A stretch of 64,000 nt of DNA, from the NCBI GenBank assembly GCA_051013385.1, contig CP143273.1, positions 1,408,001 to 1,472,000 on the forward strand. The letters run 5' to 3'. This DNA comes from Phormidium sp. (GTDB taxonomy: Bacteria > Cyanobacteriota > Cyanobacteriia > Cyanobacteriales > Aerosakkonemataceae). Shown here one piece after another: positions 10,637-21,003 of this stretch; the first letter of the stretch is position 1; each line of letters opens with the position of its first letter. The translations under genes were made by a program, and so were the position numbers. The notes beneath the pieces are model-generated. The model worked only from the letters and a program-made list of their open reading frames with translations, was not told where the DNA came from and made no database searches.

Positions 10637-11231
10637 TTTCTTCGGAAAGGGCTTCTACTACTGCGGCGATCGCTTTAGGATCGGTAATCATCCAGGCATG
10701 AAGCGCAACTGGAACTTGGACATCTTTACCTACAGGTATTTGCGAACTGGTGGGGGGAACAATCATTAAGTCAAAAGGTGTCCAAATGGAAGTAAAGTTA
10801 ATCCGTTCCAACATGGCAAAGTCACGATTTAAGTCGGCTAAAAATGGGCTATCTGGTCGCATTTGAATGCTGCCGGGGCGATCGAGAAGATATGCTAAAA
10901 CGGTGCCATGATGGGGTGAGGAAATGGTGATAAAACGCCCGACGCGATCGATTCCGCCTAACCTTTGAATATAGTAACGGCTGACAATTCCTCCCATACT
11001 AAACCCAACAATATCGATGGGTTGTTCGGGAGGAAAAGTTTTTTCTACGTAATTAGCAATTTGTTTAGCTAAGTAGTCTAAAGGTCTCGAGCAATTGTTG
11101 GGAGTTAAGTCTATGTCATGGACTAACCAACCTTTTTTCGCTAATTGGGGAGACATTTTACAGAAAACTGTGGCAGTATCGTTAATGCCGTGAACTAAGA
11201 GGACTGGGTTAGATTTAGTGGCGCTGTTCAT
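10566..11231 (-). CDS. Alpha/beta hydrolase (lipase family)
   Basis: VLLVHG, nucleophile elbow GFSMGG, SSPHHGT; 3' end overlaps the VOC gene. Confidence 0.85.
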   Translation of the reverse strand: MNSATKSNPVLLVHGINDTATVFCKMSPQLAKKGWLVHDIDLTPNNCSRPLDYLAKQIANYVEKTFPPEQPIDIVGFSMGGIVSRYYIQRLGGIDRVGRFITISSPHHGTVLAYLLDRPGSIQMRPDSPFLADLNRDFAMLERINFTSIWTPFDLMIVPPTSSQIPVGKDVQVPVALHAWMITDPKAIAAVVEALSEEIRQHHPLGQTPPPQKLPSIDSKI

Positions 11232-11279
11232 GAGGTTTTCCAAGCATTGCTTAGTTTTAGTTTAGAGGACTAGGGGACT

Positions 11280-11390
11280 GGGGACAGCACAAAGAAACCG
11301 GGTTTCTGGGATGTACGGGGACGGCACAAAGAAACCGGGTTTCTGGGATGTACGAGGACGGCACAAAGAAACCGGGTTTCTGGGATGTAC
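11280..11390. repeat. 3 x 37-bp tandem repeat containing AGAAACCGGGTTTCT
   Basis: GGGGACGGCACAAAGAAACCGGGTTTCTGGGATGTAC x3 (single mismatches), no spacers. Confidence 0.95.
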
Positions 11391-11438
11391 TAATTAATTT
11401 CCCCTTGTCTGCCAATACCCAGTCCCCAATCCCTAAAA

Positions 11439-12824
11439 CTATTCATTCATATTTCTATAAGTTGCTACAGCGGAAGGAGATATGCGGTTTAAGTATCTGA
11501 AGATCCAATACTTAAATACGGTATCTAAAATCACAGGGAAAGTAGCAATAAACAAAAAGATAAAATCACGATTTTCTGGTAATCCTAAATGGCGGGCGGC
11601 ATTTTCTAACAACACTTCCCAACCATGAGGGGAATGAAAACCAACGAAGATGTCAGTTAATAGAATAATAATGAAAGCTTTGGCACTATCGCTAAGTCCA
11701 TAGACAACTTCATCCATAAAAGATTTCAAAATTGCAATTTCCCGACGACTAAACATAATTATGACGACAAACATACCTAATGCTGCTAAGTCGGAAAACA
11801 CATTTTTCACTGCATTAGCACTGGCGCGTCGGGATTCGTCGGCTATTTCATTTGCTCTTTCTTGCAGCTTTTCGTCCACTGCTTCTGGAGTAAGTTTTGG
11901 TGTTCCCGAAATCAAATAATCAAATTTCAGGCGTTCTTCAAACTTTCGTAATTCTTCAAGCGCGTCTCGTTCTAAGTCTTCATTGATGAATATACTAATT
12001 TTGTTTCTCTCAATTAAACTGTCAACAATTGGGCCTGCAACTGCCAATTTAAACAGTTGAAAACTTAACAAAGGTACAACAATTAAAGTTAAAATAAACC
12101 GGAGTGAAATTGCTGTTTTAGCTTTAGAAGTCCGGTATTTTTTAATAACTTCTTGTTCTGATTCCGGGTCTAATTCCCTTTGAATTTTATTTAAAGTTGA
12201 AAAAATTGACCTGGGTAATACTCCAGTTTTATCAACAACGGTTTCAAATTTATTAGGATCATCTTGAGGCGCACCAAATAGCTGCTTTTCATTGTTTAAA
12301 CCCTCAGCAGCTATAGCTTCAGTACGTTCCATTTTGTTATTATTTTTAGAAACGACTATTAAGGAAGTAGATTGGTTTTGAGCATTAACTCTAGTTGGTG
12401 CTTTGTACTTAGAGATTACTTGGTCAATAAATTTGAGCTTTTCTAATGTTATTGTGACCTGCTCCGCATTGGATATTCTTTGGGGAGTTTTCCCATTACT
12501 ATCCGCTGAACCTTTTGGAGATTTAACAATTTGTTGACTGGTAATTAAATTGAGAAAGGAACTACTAGCTTTAAATTCTCGCAGGCGATTAGCGGCAATA
12601 GTTAAATTTTGTCTTAATTCTGACTGAAAATATGCTTTGACACTATCGCCATAATCAGTTTGACTCACAAAAATTTTGTTACCTTGGAAATATTCATCTT
12701 CAATGGCTTTAATTTGTAAAGCGGCGTTGTAAGCTTGTTCTAAGGCTCTTTCTGGGGTGTCAAAGTACCAATCTTTAACTGATCGTACTAACCCTTGAAT
12801 TGAGGTAAAAATGCTGTACATCAT
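11439..12824 (-). CDS. pcxA: Proton extrusion protein PcxA (CotA/CemA family)
   Basis: TPERALEQAY; LSDSAKAFIIILLTDIFVGFHSPHGWE; FKYWIFRYLNRISPSAVATYRNMNE. Confidence 0.95.
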   Translation of the reverse strand: MMYSIFTSIQGLVRSVKDWYFDTPERALEQAYNAALQIKAIEDEYFQGNKIFVSQTDYGDSVKAYFQSELRQNLTIAANRLREFKASSSFLNLITSQQIVKSPKGSADSNGKTPQRISNAEQVTITLEKLKFIDQVISKYKAPTRVNAQNQSTSLIVVSKNNNKMERTEAIAAEGLNNEKQLFGAPQDDPNKFETVVDKTGVLPRSIFSTLNKIQRELDPESEQEVIKKYRTSKAKTAISLRFILTLIVVPLLSFQLFKLAVAGPIVDSLIERNKISIFINEDLERDALEELRKFEERLKFDYLISGTPKLTPEAVDEKLQERANEIADESRRASANAVKNVFSDLAALGMFVVIIMFSRREIAILKSFMDEVVYGLSDSAKAFIIILLTDIFVGFHSPHGWEVLLENAARHLGLPENRDFIFLFIATFPVILDTVFKYWIFRYLNRISPSAVATYRNMNE

Positions 12825-12931
12825 GACAGAGAGGGTTGTAAATTTTGTGTTTTAGTTGTAATAGCGGTGTTTTTATAGATTAAATTTTTCAATGTATGTG
12901 GTATGATAACAGATTCAACGGAGGAGAAACG

Positions 12932-15130
12932 GTGTTTTCTGAATCTCTTTGGTTTTCTGGTTCCAGCCGTAGTGGAAAAACAGCACGTTTGATAGAGCAG
13001 TTTTGCCATTGGTCAGAGTTAGGCTTTGATTTAGCGAATCTAGGTGCGGGAGATACTTTGGCGGGTGAAAGAGTTTCTTTAAGGAAACGTCGTTTAATTG
13101 CCAAACAAGGTGTCCCAGCAGTTTTAGTGTTTGCTGCTAATGGAGATAATCGCATTGAATTGACCGATCGCATCGCTGTTGCCAAACCTAATTTAGCAGT
13201 ACAAACTACCACACCTTTAGCTTTTTTTGAAAATGAAGTAACTCTATTTTGGCCTTTATTAATTCAACAGTTGAACTTGCCTGCACAATTTCCCTTGCGT
13301 CTGCGTCCAGAGGCGGAACAAGAATTTGCTACTCAACTATGGCGACCGGAATTAGACCAGGGAATTGCGGTAAAAATGGGGGTTAATGAATATCGTTTGG
13401 TGCGGCGTGCTTTGGACTTGTTGCTATTAGCAGGTTTAAGCGCTACACCGATCGAAGACCTACCTCAAATTTTAGAACAAGGTTTTCCCAAAGAGCAAGA
13501 AAATGATGATTCTCCCGCAACTAATAGAGTGACAATTCCTTTGGAAATGTTGCTGCGTTGGCGAGATTGGTGTTGGCAAAAAGGATTATTAAGTTACGGA
13601 ATTATTGCAGATTTATATTGGCGATATTTATTACCTAATCAAACTTATCAGCAGCATTTAAAGCGGCGCTATCGGTTAATTTTAGCGGATGATGTAGATG
13701 ATTATCCAGCGATCGCAGGCGATCTTTTTGAGTTTTTGTTAAGTAATGGTGCAATTGGCGCGTTTACTTTTAATCCTGAAGGAAGAGTTAGATTAGGTTT
13801 AGGTGCTGACCCTGATTATATAGCAAATTTAGCTTCTCGTTGTCGAGTGGAAAGGTTAACTAATCGACCTGTAGAATCTTTAGCAGATAATTGGGGAATG
13901 ACATTAGTAGAAGCTGTTAGCGATCCAATGTTAATGTTTAATTTGCCGTCAGAAATCAAGTCGATTCAAACAACTTCGCGATCGCAATTGTTACGCCAAA
14001 CAGCGGAAGTAATTATTGATGCAGTTAATTCGGGAAAAGTTAAACCACAAGAAATAGCGGTAATTGCACCTGGTTTAGATGCGATCGCACGTTATACTTT
14101 AATCGAAATTCTTTCTAGTAAAGGCGTTGATGTTGAGTCTTTAAACGATCAACGTGCTTTAGCTAGTTCGCCAATTATCCGCGCTTTACTAACTTTATTA
14201 GCCTTAGTTTATCCGGGTTTAGGCAGGTTGGTGGATAAAAATGCGATCGCGGAAATGTTAATCGTTTTAAGTGCAAGACAAGTATTTACCGGAGAACCGA
14301 ATTCTCAATCTAAAATTGAACATTGGATCGATCCGGTGCGTGCAGGTTTATTAGCAGATTTTTGTTATAAACCAGACCTTGAATTACCTGAATTATTACC
14401 TGTAAAAACCTTTGCACGTTGGGATAGATTGGGGTATCGTGCGACTCAAGCTTATGAGGAAATTGTGCAGTGGTTGTCAGAACAGCGATCGCAACAAGAA
14501 CAGCATCTTATTCCTAATCCAGTTTACGTTTTAGACAGAGCAATTCAACGCTTTCTTTGGCATGGTAGCTATCTTCCTTATGACCAATTATCAGGATTAC
14601 GCGAGTTAATTGAAACTGCTCAACAATACTGGGAAGTTGATGCCAGAATGCGAAAAATTGAAACTAGTAATGCTTTACCAAATACTACTATTGGTCGGTT
14701 TATTCAATTGCTTAGAAGTGGGACAATTACAGCTAATCCTTACCCAATAAGACTATTTGGAATTACCAAGCAAGCGGTAACTTTAGCTAATATTTTCCAA
14801 TACCGTTCTAGTCGGAGATTTCATAAGTGGCAATTTTGGTTAGATGCAGGTTCACCCCTTTGGTTAAGTGGAGGTGCAGCAAACTTATTTGGCGCACAAT
14901 TATTCTTACAAAATCGTTTTGGTCAACCTTGGACGACGGAAGATGAAAATAGAGAAGGTGAGGCAAGATTACGACGAATTTTAATAGATTTGCTCAGTCG
15001 TACAGGAGAGCAACTTTACTTGTGTCATAGCGATTTAGCTGTAAATGGACAAGAACAAAATGGCCCTTTGGTAACATTAATAAATGCGGCGGTTCCTGTG
15101 CTAGCCGTACAATCAAATGAATTTAGGTAA
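12932..15130 (+). CDS. SF1-helicase-like (UvrD/AddB-like fold) protein
   Basis: GSSRSGKT Walker A-like, ILADDVDDY Walker B-like, EIAVIAP; GTG start at 12932 after GGAGGA. Confidence 0.6.
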   Translation: MFSESLWFSGSSRSGKTARLIEQFCHWSELGFDLANLGAGDTLAGERVSLRKRRLIAKQGVPAVLVFAANGDNRIELTDRIAVAKPNLAVQTTTPLAFFENEVTLFWPLLIQQLNLPAQFPLRLRPEAEQEFATQLWRPELDQGIAVKMGVNEYRLVRRALDLLLLAGLSATPIEDLPQILEQGFPKEQENDDSPATNRVTIPLEMLLRWRDWCWQKGLLSYGIIADLYWRYLLPNQTYQQHLKRRYRLILADDVDDYPAIAGDLFEFLLSNGAIGAFTFNPEGRVRLGLGADPDYIANLASRCRVERLTNRPVESLADNWGMTLVEAVSDPMLMFNLPSEIKSIQTTSRSQLLRQTAEVIIDAVNSGKVKPQEIAVIAPGLDAIARYTLIEILSSKGVDVESLNDQRALASSPIIRALLTLLALVYPGLGRLVDKNAIAEMLIVLSARQVFTGEPNSQSKIEHWIDPVRAGLLADFCYKPDLELPELLPVKTFARWDRLGYRATQAYEEIVQWLSEQRSQQEQHLIPNPVYVLDRAIQRFLWHGSYLPYDQLSGLRELIETAQQYWEVDARMRKIETSNALPNTTIGRFIQLLRSGTITANPYPIRLFGITKQAVTLANIFQYRSSRRFHKWQFWLDAGSPLWLSGGAANLFGAQLFLQNRFGQPWTTEDENREGEARLRRILIDLLSRTGEQLYLCHSDLAVNGQEQNGPLVTLINAAVPVLAVQSNEFR

Positions 15131-15209
15131 GAATGCGATCGCACTTTACAAATAAAAAGAGCGATCGCATTTTGGGAGAGTAAGCTTTTAATTACTAAAA
15201 CTGAAAGCT

Positions 15210-16352
15210 TTATGTGGTTATGAAATCTCTTGTTGAGAGTTGAATACTGCCATTAGATGTCGAAACACCCAACGCCACAGCCAGAACTTCACTAGTATTA
15301 CTACTCAAAACAATAGCTGTATCGTTACTGGAATAGCCATACAGACTACCAGATCTTAACTGATATTGACTGAGACTTCCTTGAACTTTGATCTTATCAC
15401 CCTGCGATTTGGAAAAGTCTTGAATGACAGCCCAACTATTACCTAAGTAGCCTTTTCCGTAATAATCACCAATGACGAAAGTATCTGCACCAGCGTCACC
15501 GCGTAAATTGTCAACTTCCCCATTTCCACTCAAGCCACTATAGTAAAAACCATCTAAAACATCGTTACCAGCGCCGCCAATCACAGTATCATTTCCAGTC
15601 CCACCATATAATAAATCATTACCGTCATTGCCATAAACAATGTCATTGCCACTGTCGCCTCTTAGGGTATCACTTCCACCTGCGCCACTTATCGTGTCAT
15701 TTCCACCTAAAGCGTTAATATTGTCGTTACCCGCACCTCCTGTAAGGTTGTCATTGCCCGGTGTCGGACTTCCAGGAGCAGTAGCACCTCCACGAGCTTG
15801 CCAGAAGGCTTGCAAGGGACTCACTGTAGCATTCAAGATAAAGTTTCGGTCTGAACTTGCACCTTGAGTTCCTCCATAAGCAAGGCCAGTTTGAACTTCA
15901 AGGTGTAAGTGTGCTCCACCTGATGGAGTGCCAACTAAACCAATAGCATTTCCAGCATTTATCCTCATTCCATTCGTCAAATTACCTCTGCTTTGCAAAT
16001 GACCATAGACCCACTGTCTACCATCATCACTGTTAATACCAACGAATACCTCGCCATCTGATGTCCCGCTTAGCCATGCGACTGTTCCACCTACTGCGGC
16101 TTTGACTGAAGTTCCTCGTCCTGCACCGATATCAATGCCAGCGTGCCATCTTCTCCCTTGACCATTGTAGTAGCTCTGATCGTAGGCATAACCAGCTGTC
16201 ATCTGAAATGGTCGCCCTAGAATTGCTGTAGACAGATTGGTAAAGACTTGCTTGACTTCGGCAGAACTTTCCCGATTGGAGGTGTTTCCATCAAATAAAA
16301 TATCATCGCCACTAGCTTGATCCCATTGTGAATCAGTTGTTGGTAAAGACAT
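15210..16352 (-). CDS. M23 peptidase with RTX (hemolysin-type Ca-binding) repeats
   Basis: HAGIDIG, YGHL and HLHLEV zinc motifs; GGAGNDNI/GGTGNDTV repeats. Confidence 0.9.
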   Translation of the reverse strand: MSLPTTDSQWDQASGDDILFDGNTSNRESSAEVKQVFTNLSTAILGRPFQMTAGYAYDQSYYNGQGRRWHAGIDIGAGRGTSVKAAVGGTVAWLSGTSDGEVFVGINSDDGRQWVYGHLQSRGNLTNGMRINAGNAIGLVGTPSGGAHLHLEVQTGLAYGGTQGASSDRNFILNATVSPLQAFWQARGGATAPGSPTPGNDNLTGGAGNDNINALGGNDTISGAGGSDTLRGDSGNDIVYGNDGNDLLYGGTGNDTVIGGAGNDVLDGFYYSGLSGNGEVDNLRGDAGADTFVIGDYYGKGYLGNSWAVIQDFSKSQGDKIKVQGSLSQYQLRSGSLYGYSSNDTAIVLSSNTSEVLAVALGVSTSNGSIQLSTRDFITT

Positions 16353-17005
16353 AAAAGTAATTCTCCTTGTATAGTTCGGTTTTGGTTTTGTCTTTAAATG
16401 CGGAAATAAAATGCAAAATTGTGCGCTTCACCAACCCATTTTTCACTTACTTAGTGTGGATTTCATAGTGAACGAAACTTGAGATTAAACTGTATGAGAT
16501 TAATCAAATCCTGGTAAGCGCGATCGCGTTATTGTCTAATTTATCTAAACAGTAGTAATGCGTTCACACCTAGTTTTAGACGTTCATCAAATTCTCAAAT
16601 CTCCTAGTTGATGAATAAATTAGCTTTACTAACATAATTTAATATAATTAATTAAAAAAACTTATCAATTGTGGCTTACACTGAAATTTTTTTCTTAGTT
16701 TTGTGAAGTTCTCTTAAAATCTCCTCTTAAAAGCTTTAAAAATAATAGATTGCCAAAAAAAATAAGTAACTATACTTACGTAATTTAATCCCTAAGTGTC
16801 TTCTCTTAAGCATAAATTTGGTAATAGAAAAATGATTTCGCCTTACTAATCAATTATTCGTAAAATTATCTATGAGCGAATTTATTATGCAATGGTCATA
16901 CAAAAGAAAAATTTCCTTAGAAAAAAGCCCTAAGAAAAGTGAGTTTAGTTTGTTGCTTGAAAAAACATTTAAATGCTTAATCAAGCCTTTATTCAGTTCG
17001 TCTAT

Positions 17006-18370
17006 CTACCGGGAATTTAGCCAGTCTTTAATTTCTTGTGCTAACCAGAGACATTCGATCGCACTCAACCCCAAACCAAAAGAATACCTTTTATCTATAG
17101 TTTGAATAGTCACCATTTCTTCTTCTTTGCCATCGGCACTAAAAGAAGAATTGTGAGTAATTTGTACGCTTTGAAAAACATCTTGAATATCGTAAATATA
17201 ACCTTTTTTCTGATGAGCGCAATGATTAAATAACCATTTTTCTATTAAGAAGGTTTGCGCTTTAAAAGTAATTGTTTGATAGCCAAATTTTTCGAGTAAA
17301 AAGCGATACCCAAATAAGACCCACAGCAATAATAATAAACTATATAAAGTGAAGCTAAAAGCTGAAGAAATCAGCATTGCTTGCATTACTCCAAAAATAC
17401 TGAACAACCCCAATTGAGATAACAATAATATGATGATTCCACTGCCGATTATTTCACCAAAAGATAGTTTTTTGCTAGGTAATTTAATAAATAAACCGGA
17501 GCGCGATCGATTAACTTTAATTTCATTTTTTAGAGGTCGAATAACTTTTTTGACTGGGAGACTATATGCCCGATTATTTTTTAGTGCTTTCAAAGCTTCT
17601 TCGGCTTTAGCAAAACGTTTTTCTACCGATGGTTCTGTGAGTTTTTCAATCCATTGGATAAATTTTAGGTTGGCATTAGTGCGATCGCTAAAATGAATCC
17701 GTAAATCTTTTTGGGGTAAATCTGCGGGAGAAATTCCAGTTAATAAATGAATTAAAGTTGCTCCCAGTGCATATAAATCGGAAGCGGGAACTGTTCTTCC
17801 GCCAAATTGTTCTAGCGGTGCATAACCATAAGTTCCTACAACAGTAAAAGTTGCTCCTTCAACAGTGGCTTTGTCTTGAACTGCACCGAAATCCACTAAA
17901 TATATTTGTTTATTTTTACCTAAAATTATATTGCTGGGTTTAATATCTCGGTGGAAAACTGGGGGATTCAATTCATGTAAATAACTTAAAATCTTTAATA
18001 ATGATTCAGCAATTTGGCGCACTTCTTTTTCGGTGAATCTTTTACCTATTTTCAATAAATTTTTCAATGATTCACCAGGAATGTATTCTTGCACTAAACC
18101 AAACCATAAAACGCGATCGTCAACTGAAAAATAATCTCGATATTGGGGAATTTGGGGATGTTTTAAATGTTTGAGAATTTGTGCTTCTCGTTCAAACAAT
18201 TTTAAATCATCCCATTGAATATCGCCGCCAAAAGCTAGGAGTTTCACAATCACTTTTTCGGAAGGCTTATTTTTTAAGTCTTCTGCTAACCAGGTTTGTC
18301 TTCCAGCATTTTGACCTAACTTTTCTTTTAGCTGGTAACGTCCTTGCAAAACTTGTTCTACTTGCAGCAT
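17006..18370 (-). CDS. Ser/Thr protein kinase with C-terminal TM region
   Basis: VIVKLL, HRDIKPSN, DFG, APLEQ; start set at MLQ by analogy with paralogs. Confidence 0.92.
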   Translation of the reverse strand: MLQVEQVLQGRYQLKEKLGQNAGRQTWLAEDLKNKPSEKVIVKLLAFGGDIQWDDLKLFEREAQILKHLKHPQIPQYRDYFSVDDRVLWFGLVQEYIPGESLKNLLKIGKRFTEKEVRQIAESLLKILSYLHELNPPVFHRDIKPSNIILGKNKQIYLVDFGAVQDKATVEGATFTVVGTYGYAPLEQFGGRTVPASDLYALGATLIHLLTGISPADLPQKDLRIHFSDRTNANLKFIQWIEKLTEPSVEKRFAKAEEALKALKNNRAYSLPVKKVIRPLKNEIKVNRSRSGLFIKLPSKKLSFGEIIGSGIIILLLSQLGLFSIFGVMQAMLISSAFSFTLYSLLLLLWVLFGYRFLLEKFGYQTITFKAQTFLIEKWLFNHCAHQKKGYIYDIQDVFQSVQITHNSSFSADGKEEEMVTIQTIDKRYSFGLGLSAIECLWLAQEIKDWLNSR

Positions 18371-18391
18371 ATTCCCCATTCCCTTTGGCAA

Positions 18392-19384
18392 TTACTCAAT
18401 TCTATCTTGTGGTTGTCCGGGTGTATCTATATTATTGACAAAAGTATAAACAATGCCAAAAACCACGAAAAAGCTTAAAGCAAAACCGCTCAAAGATAAT
18501 AATACTAACCGACCATAATTGACTGGTTGATTAATATTAATATAGTTATCTCTTGAAAAATCTCTCCTGACTAAAACAGGTTCTTGTAAAGTTTTTAATG
18601 CTTCTCTAGCAGAATTAAATCGCTTTTCTGCTGCTGAGGCGGTGAGTTTTTCTAACCAACTGTTAAAGCCGGGACTTAAGAGGATTTTATCAGCAAATTC
18701 AATTCGTATTTGTTGGGTCATATCGGTTGGAGGAATACCTGTTAATAAATGAATTAAAGTTGCTCCCAGCGCATACAAATCTGAGGCGGGAACTGCTTTT
18801 CCCCATAATTGTTCCGGGGGAACATAACCATTTGTACCGACTACAGTAAAGGTAACTCCTTCGGCTTTTGCTTTGTCTTGAACTGCACCAAAATCTACTA
18901 AATAAATTTTGCGGTCTTTGCCTAAAATTAAGTTACTAGGTTTAATATCTCGGTGTAATACTGGGGGACTTAATTCATGTAAATAAATTAAAATTTCTAA
19001 TATTTGGATAGCAAAAGAACGTACTTCTGGGGGATAAAAAATTCTTCTTTGGTTGAGCATTTCTTGTAAGGAAGTCCCCGGAATATAATTCTGCACTAAG
19101 CCAAACCAAAGTAACCCGGTACTTGTTTGTTCATCAATAGAAAAATAGTCAATATATTGGGGAATTTTCGGGTTATTTAGATTAGCTAGGACTTGAGCTT
19201 CTCTTTCAAAAAGTTTTATTTCTTGCCAATCTATTTGGGGACTAACAGCTAATAATTTGACAATTACTAACTGTTTAGATTCGGATAAAATGTCTTCTGC
19301 TAACCAAGTTTGTCGTCCGGCATTTTTGCCTAATTGCTTTTTTAGTTGATAGCGATCGCTTAAAATTACTTGAGTATCTAGCAT
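18392..19384 (-). CDS. Ser/Thr protein kinase with single C-terminal TM
   Basis: HRDIKPSN, DFG, VPPEQ. Confidence 0.92.
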   Translation of the reverse strand: MLDTQVILSDRYQLKKQLGKNAGRQTWLAEDILSESKQLVIVKLLAVSPQIDWQEIKLFEREAQVLANLNNPKIPQYIDYFSIDEQTSTGLLWFGLVQNYIPGTSLQEMLNQRRIFYPPEVRSFAIQILEILIYLHELSPPVLHRDIKPSNLILGKDRKIYLVDFGAVQDKAKAEGVTFTVVGTNGYVPPEQLWGKAVPASDLYALGATLIHLLTGIPPTDMTQQIRIEFADKILLSPGFNSWLEKLTASAAEKRFNSAREALKTLQEPVLVRRDFSRDNYININQPVNYGRLVLLSLSGFALSFFVVFGIVYTFVNNIDTPGQPQDRIE

Positions 19385-19399
19385 TAGCTTTTCCTCTGT

Positions 19400-20824
19400 T
19401 TAGATTTGCTCAATCCAGTCTTGCATTTGTTGACTTAACCAGTGACGTTCTGTTTCATTCAACTCTTGACCAAAACCGTATTTTAAAAAGTTAGTGTCCA
19501 GAATTATTCCTTGATATTTTATGAGTTTGACTTGCTTAACTTCAGCAGTTTCTAAGTGATGTCGCCAATAAGTCCAGCCCCATAATTTCTGTTCTAATAC
19601 AAAGTTTTGGCGATCGCCAAAGATGCAGTAATCTGATACTCTTATTTTCCGAAACCGAAAGTGAGATAATAATTTAAATAATTCTTTGCTCAAAGATGAG
19701 CTAAATTTTTCCATAATCATAAATGTAAAAAATAGCATAGTTACTAGTACCAAGGCTAAGGAAAAGTTTAAATAATTGATAATAATAGCACTTAAAATTA
19801 CAGCCAGCGAGCTACCTAATAACAGAAAGACAACTAAAAGGCTGAAAAAAGATGATCCGGCTAAAATTAATTTTAGAACTAAGGCGATCGCATCGAAGAA
19901 AATCCAAAATCCTCGTCCGGGAATTTCCACTTTTAACTGAGTAGGAGATTGCCAAAGTTGAACATTACTCTCAGGAAATAGCGAAATTTTCTGTAGTGGT
20001 GCGTTCAAATAACGATCGGCTTTTAAATCAGTTAAAGCTGCTTGTGCAGTTTGATAACGTTGACTTAAATCAGGTGCGGTGAGTGCTTCAATCCAGTAAA
20101 CAAAGTTAGGATTAATACTAATGCGATCGCGAAATTGAATCTTTAAATTCTTTTGGGGTAAATCAGCAGGCATAACACCTGTTAAAATATGAATTAAAGT
20201 TGCACCGAACGAGTAAAGATCGGAAGCTGGAACCGCACGTCCCCAAAATTGTTCTAAAGGCGCATAACCCGCCGTACCCACAACAGTAAAAGTCACTCCT
20301 TCCATCGCACCTTGTTCTTGAACCGCACCAAAATCTACTAAATATATTTTGCGATCTTCCCCGAAAATTAGATTACTCGGTTTAATATCGCGATGCAACA
20401 CAGGTGGGGAGAGTTCGTGCAAATAACAGAGAATTTTTAAGAGTTGAACAGCTAGCGATCGCACTTCTTTTTCGGTAAAATGCCTCCCAGAATCTAACAA
20501 ATTTTGCAGCGACTTTCCCGGAATATAATCTTGCACCAAAGCAAACCAGTATAAACCAGAACCAGCCTGTTTATCTATAGAAAAATAATCCCGATATTTG
20601 GGAATACGGGGATGAGAAAGATTTTTTAAGACTTGCGCTTCCCGTTCAAAAAGTTTAAAATCTTCCCATTGCATTTCCGGGCTAAAAGCCAAGAATTTTA
20701 CAATTACTTTTTCCTCTGGCGACGCACTTTGATCGTAAGCAATCCAAGTTTGTCTTCCCGCATTCTGCGCTAAACATTCTTGCAGTTGGTATCTTCCCTG
20801 TAACAAATCCCCTGCTTGCAGCAT
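19400..20824 (-). CDS. Ser/Thr protein kinase with C-terminal TM region
   Basis: HRDIKPSN, DFG, APLEQ. Confidence 0.92.
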   Translation of the reverse strand: MLQAGDLLQGRYQLQECLAQNAGRQTWIAYDQSASPEEKVIVKFLAFSPEMQWEDFKLFEREAQVLKNLSHPRIPKYRDYFSIDKQAGSGLYWFALVQDYIPGKSLQNLLDSGRHFTEKEVRSLAVQLLKILCYLHELSPPVLHRDIKPSNLIFGEDRKIYLVDFGAVQEQGAMEGVTFTVVGTAGYAPLEQFWGRAVPASDLYSFGATLIHILTGVMPADLPQKNLKIQFRDRISINPNFVYWIEALTAPDLSQRYQTAQAALTDLKADRYLNAPLQKISLFPESNVQLWQSPTQLKVEIPGRGFWIFFDAIALVLKLILAGSSFFSLLVVFLLLGSSLAVILSAIIINYLNFSLALVLVTMLFFTFMIMEKFSSSLSKELFKLLSHFRFRKIRVSDYCIFGDRQNFVLEQKLWGWTYWRHHLETAEVKQVKLIKYQGIILDTNFLKYGFGQELNETERHWLSQQMQDWIEQI

Positions 20825-20918
20825 CACCACTCCTGGCAGACCTATTCTTTACTAATTTACCTGCAAATGCGAAAATCAGGTCTGTTGTGAACACTTTAGT
20901 GCTCTACTTACCTAAGAG

Positions 20919-20991
20919 TAGGACTAAAGTCCAACAACGAACTAGGACTAAAGTCCAACAACGAACTAGGACTAAAGTCCTTACAACGAAC
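20919..20991. repeat. 3 x 24-25-bp tandem repeat with small hairpin (GGAC-TAAA-GTCC)
   Basis: TAGGACTAAAGTCCAACAACGAAC x2 plus one variant copy. Confidence 0.9.
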
Positions 20992-21003
20992 TTATGAAAA
21001 TCC

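Noticed and set aside
11280..11390. 37-bp repeats as a CRISPR array
   Set aside because: Units are head-to-tail with no unique spacers, and there are no cas genes in the window.
20919..20991. 24-bp repeats as a mini-CRISPR
   Set aside because: No spacers; simple tandem repeat.
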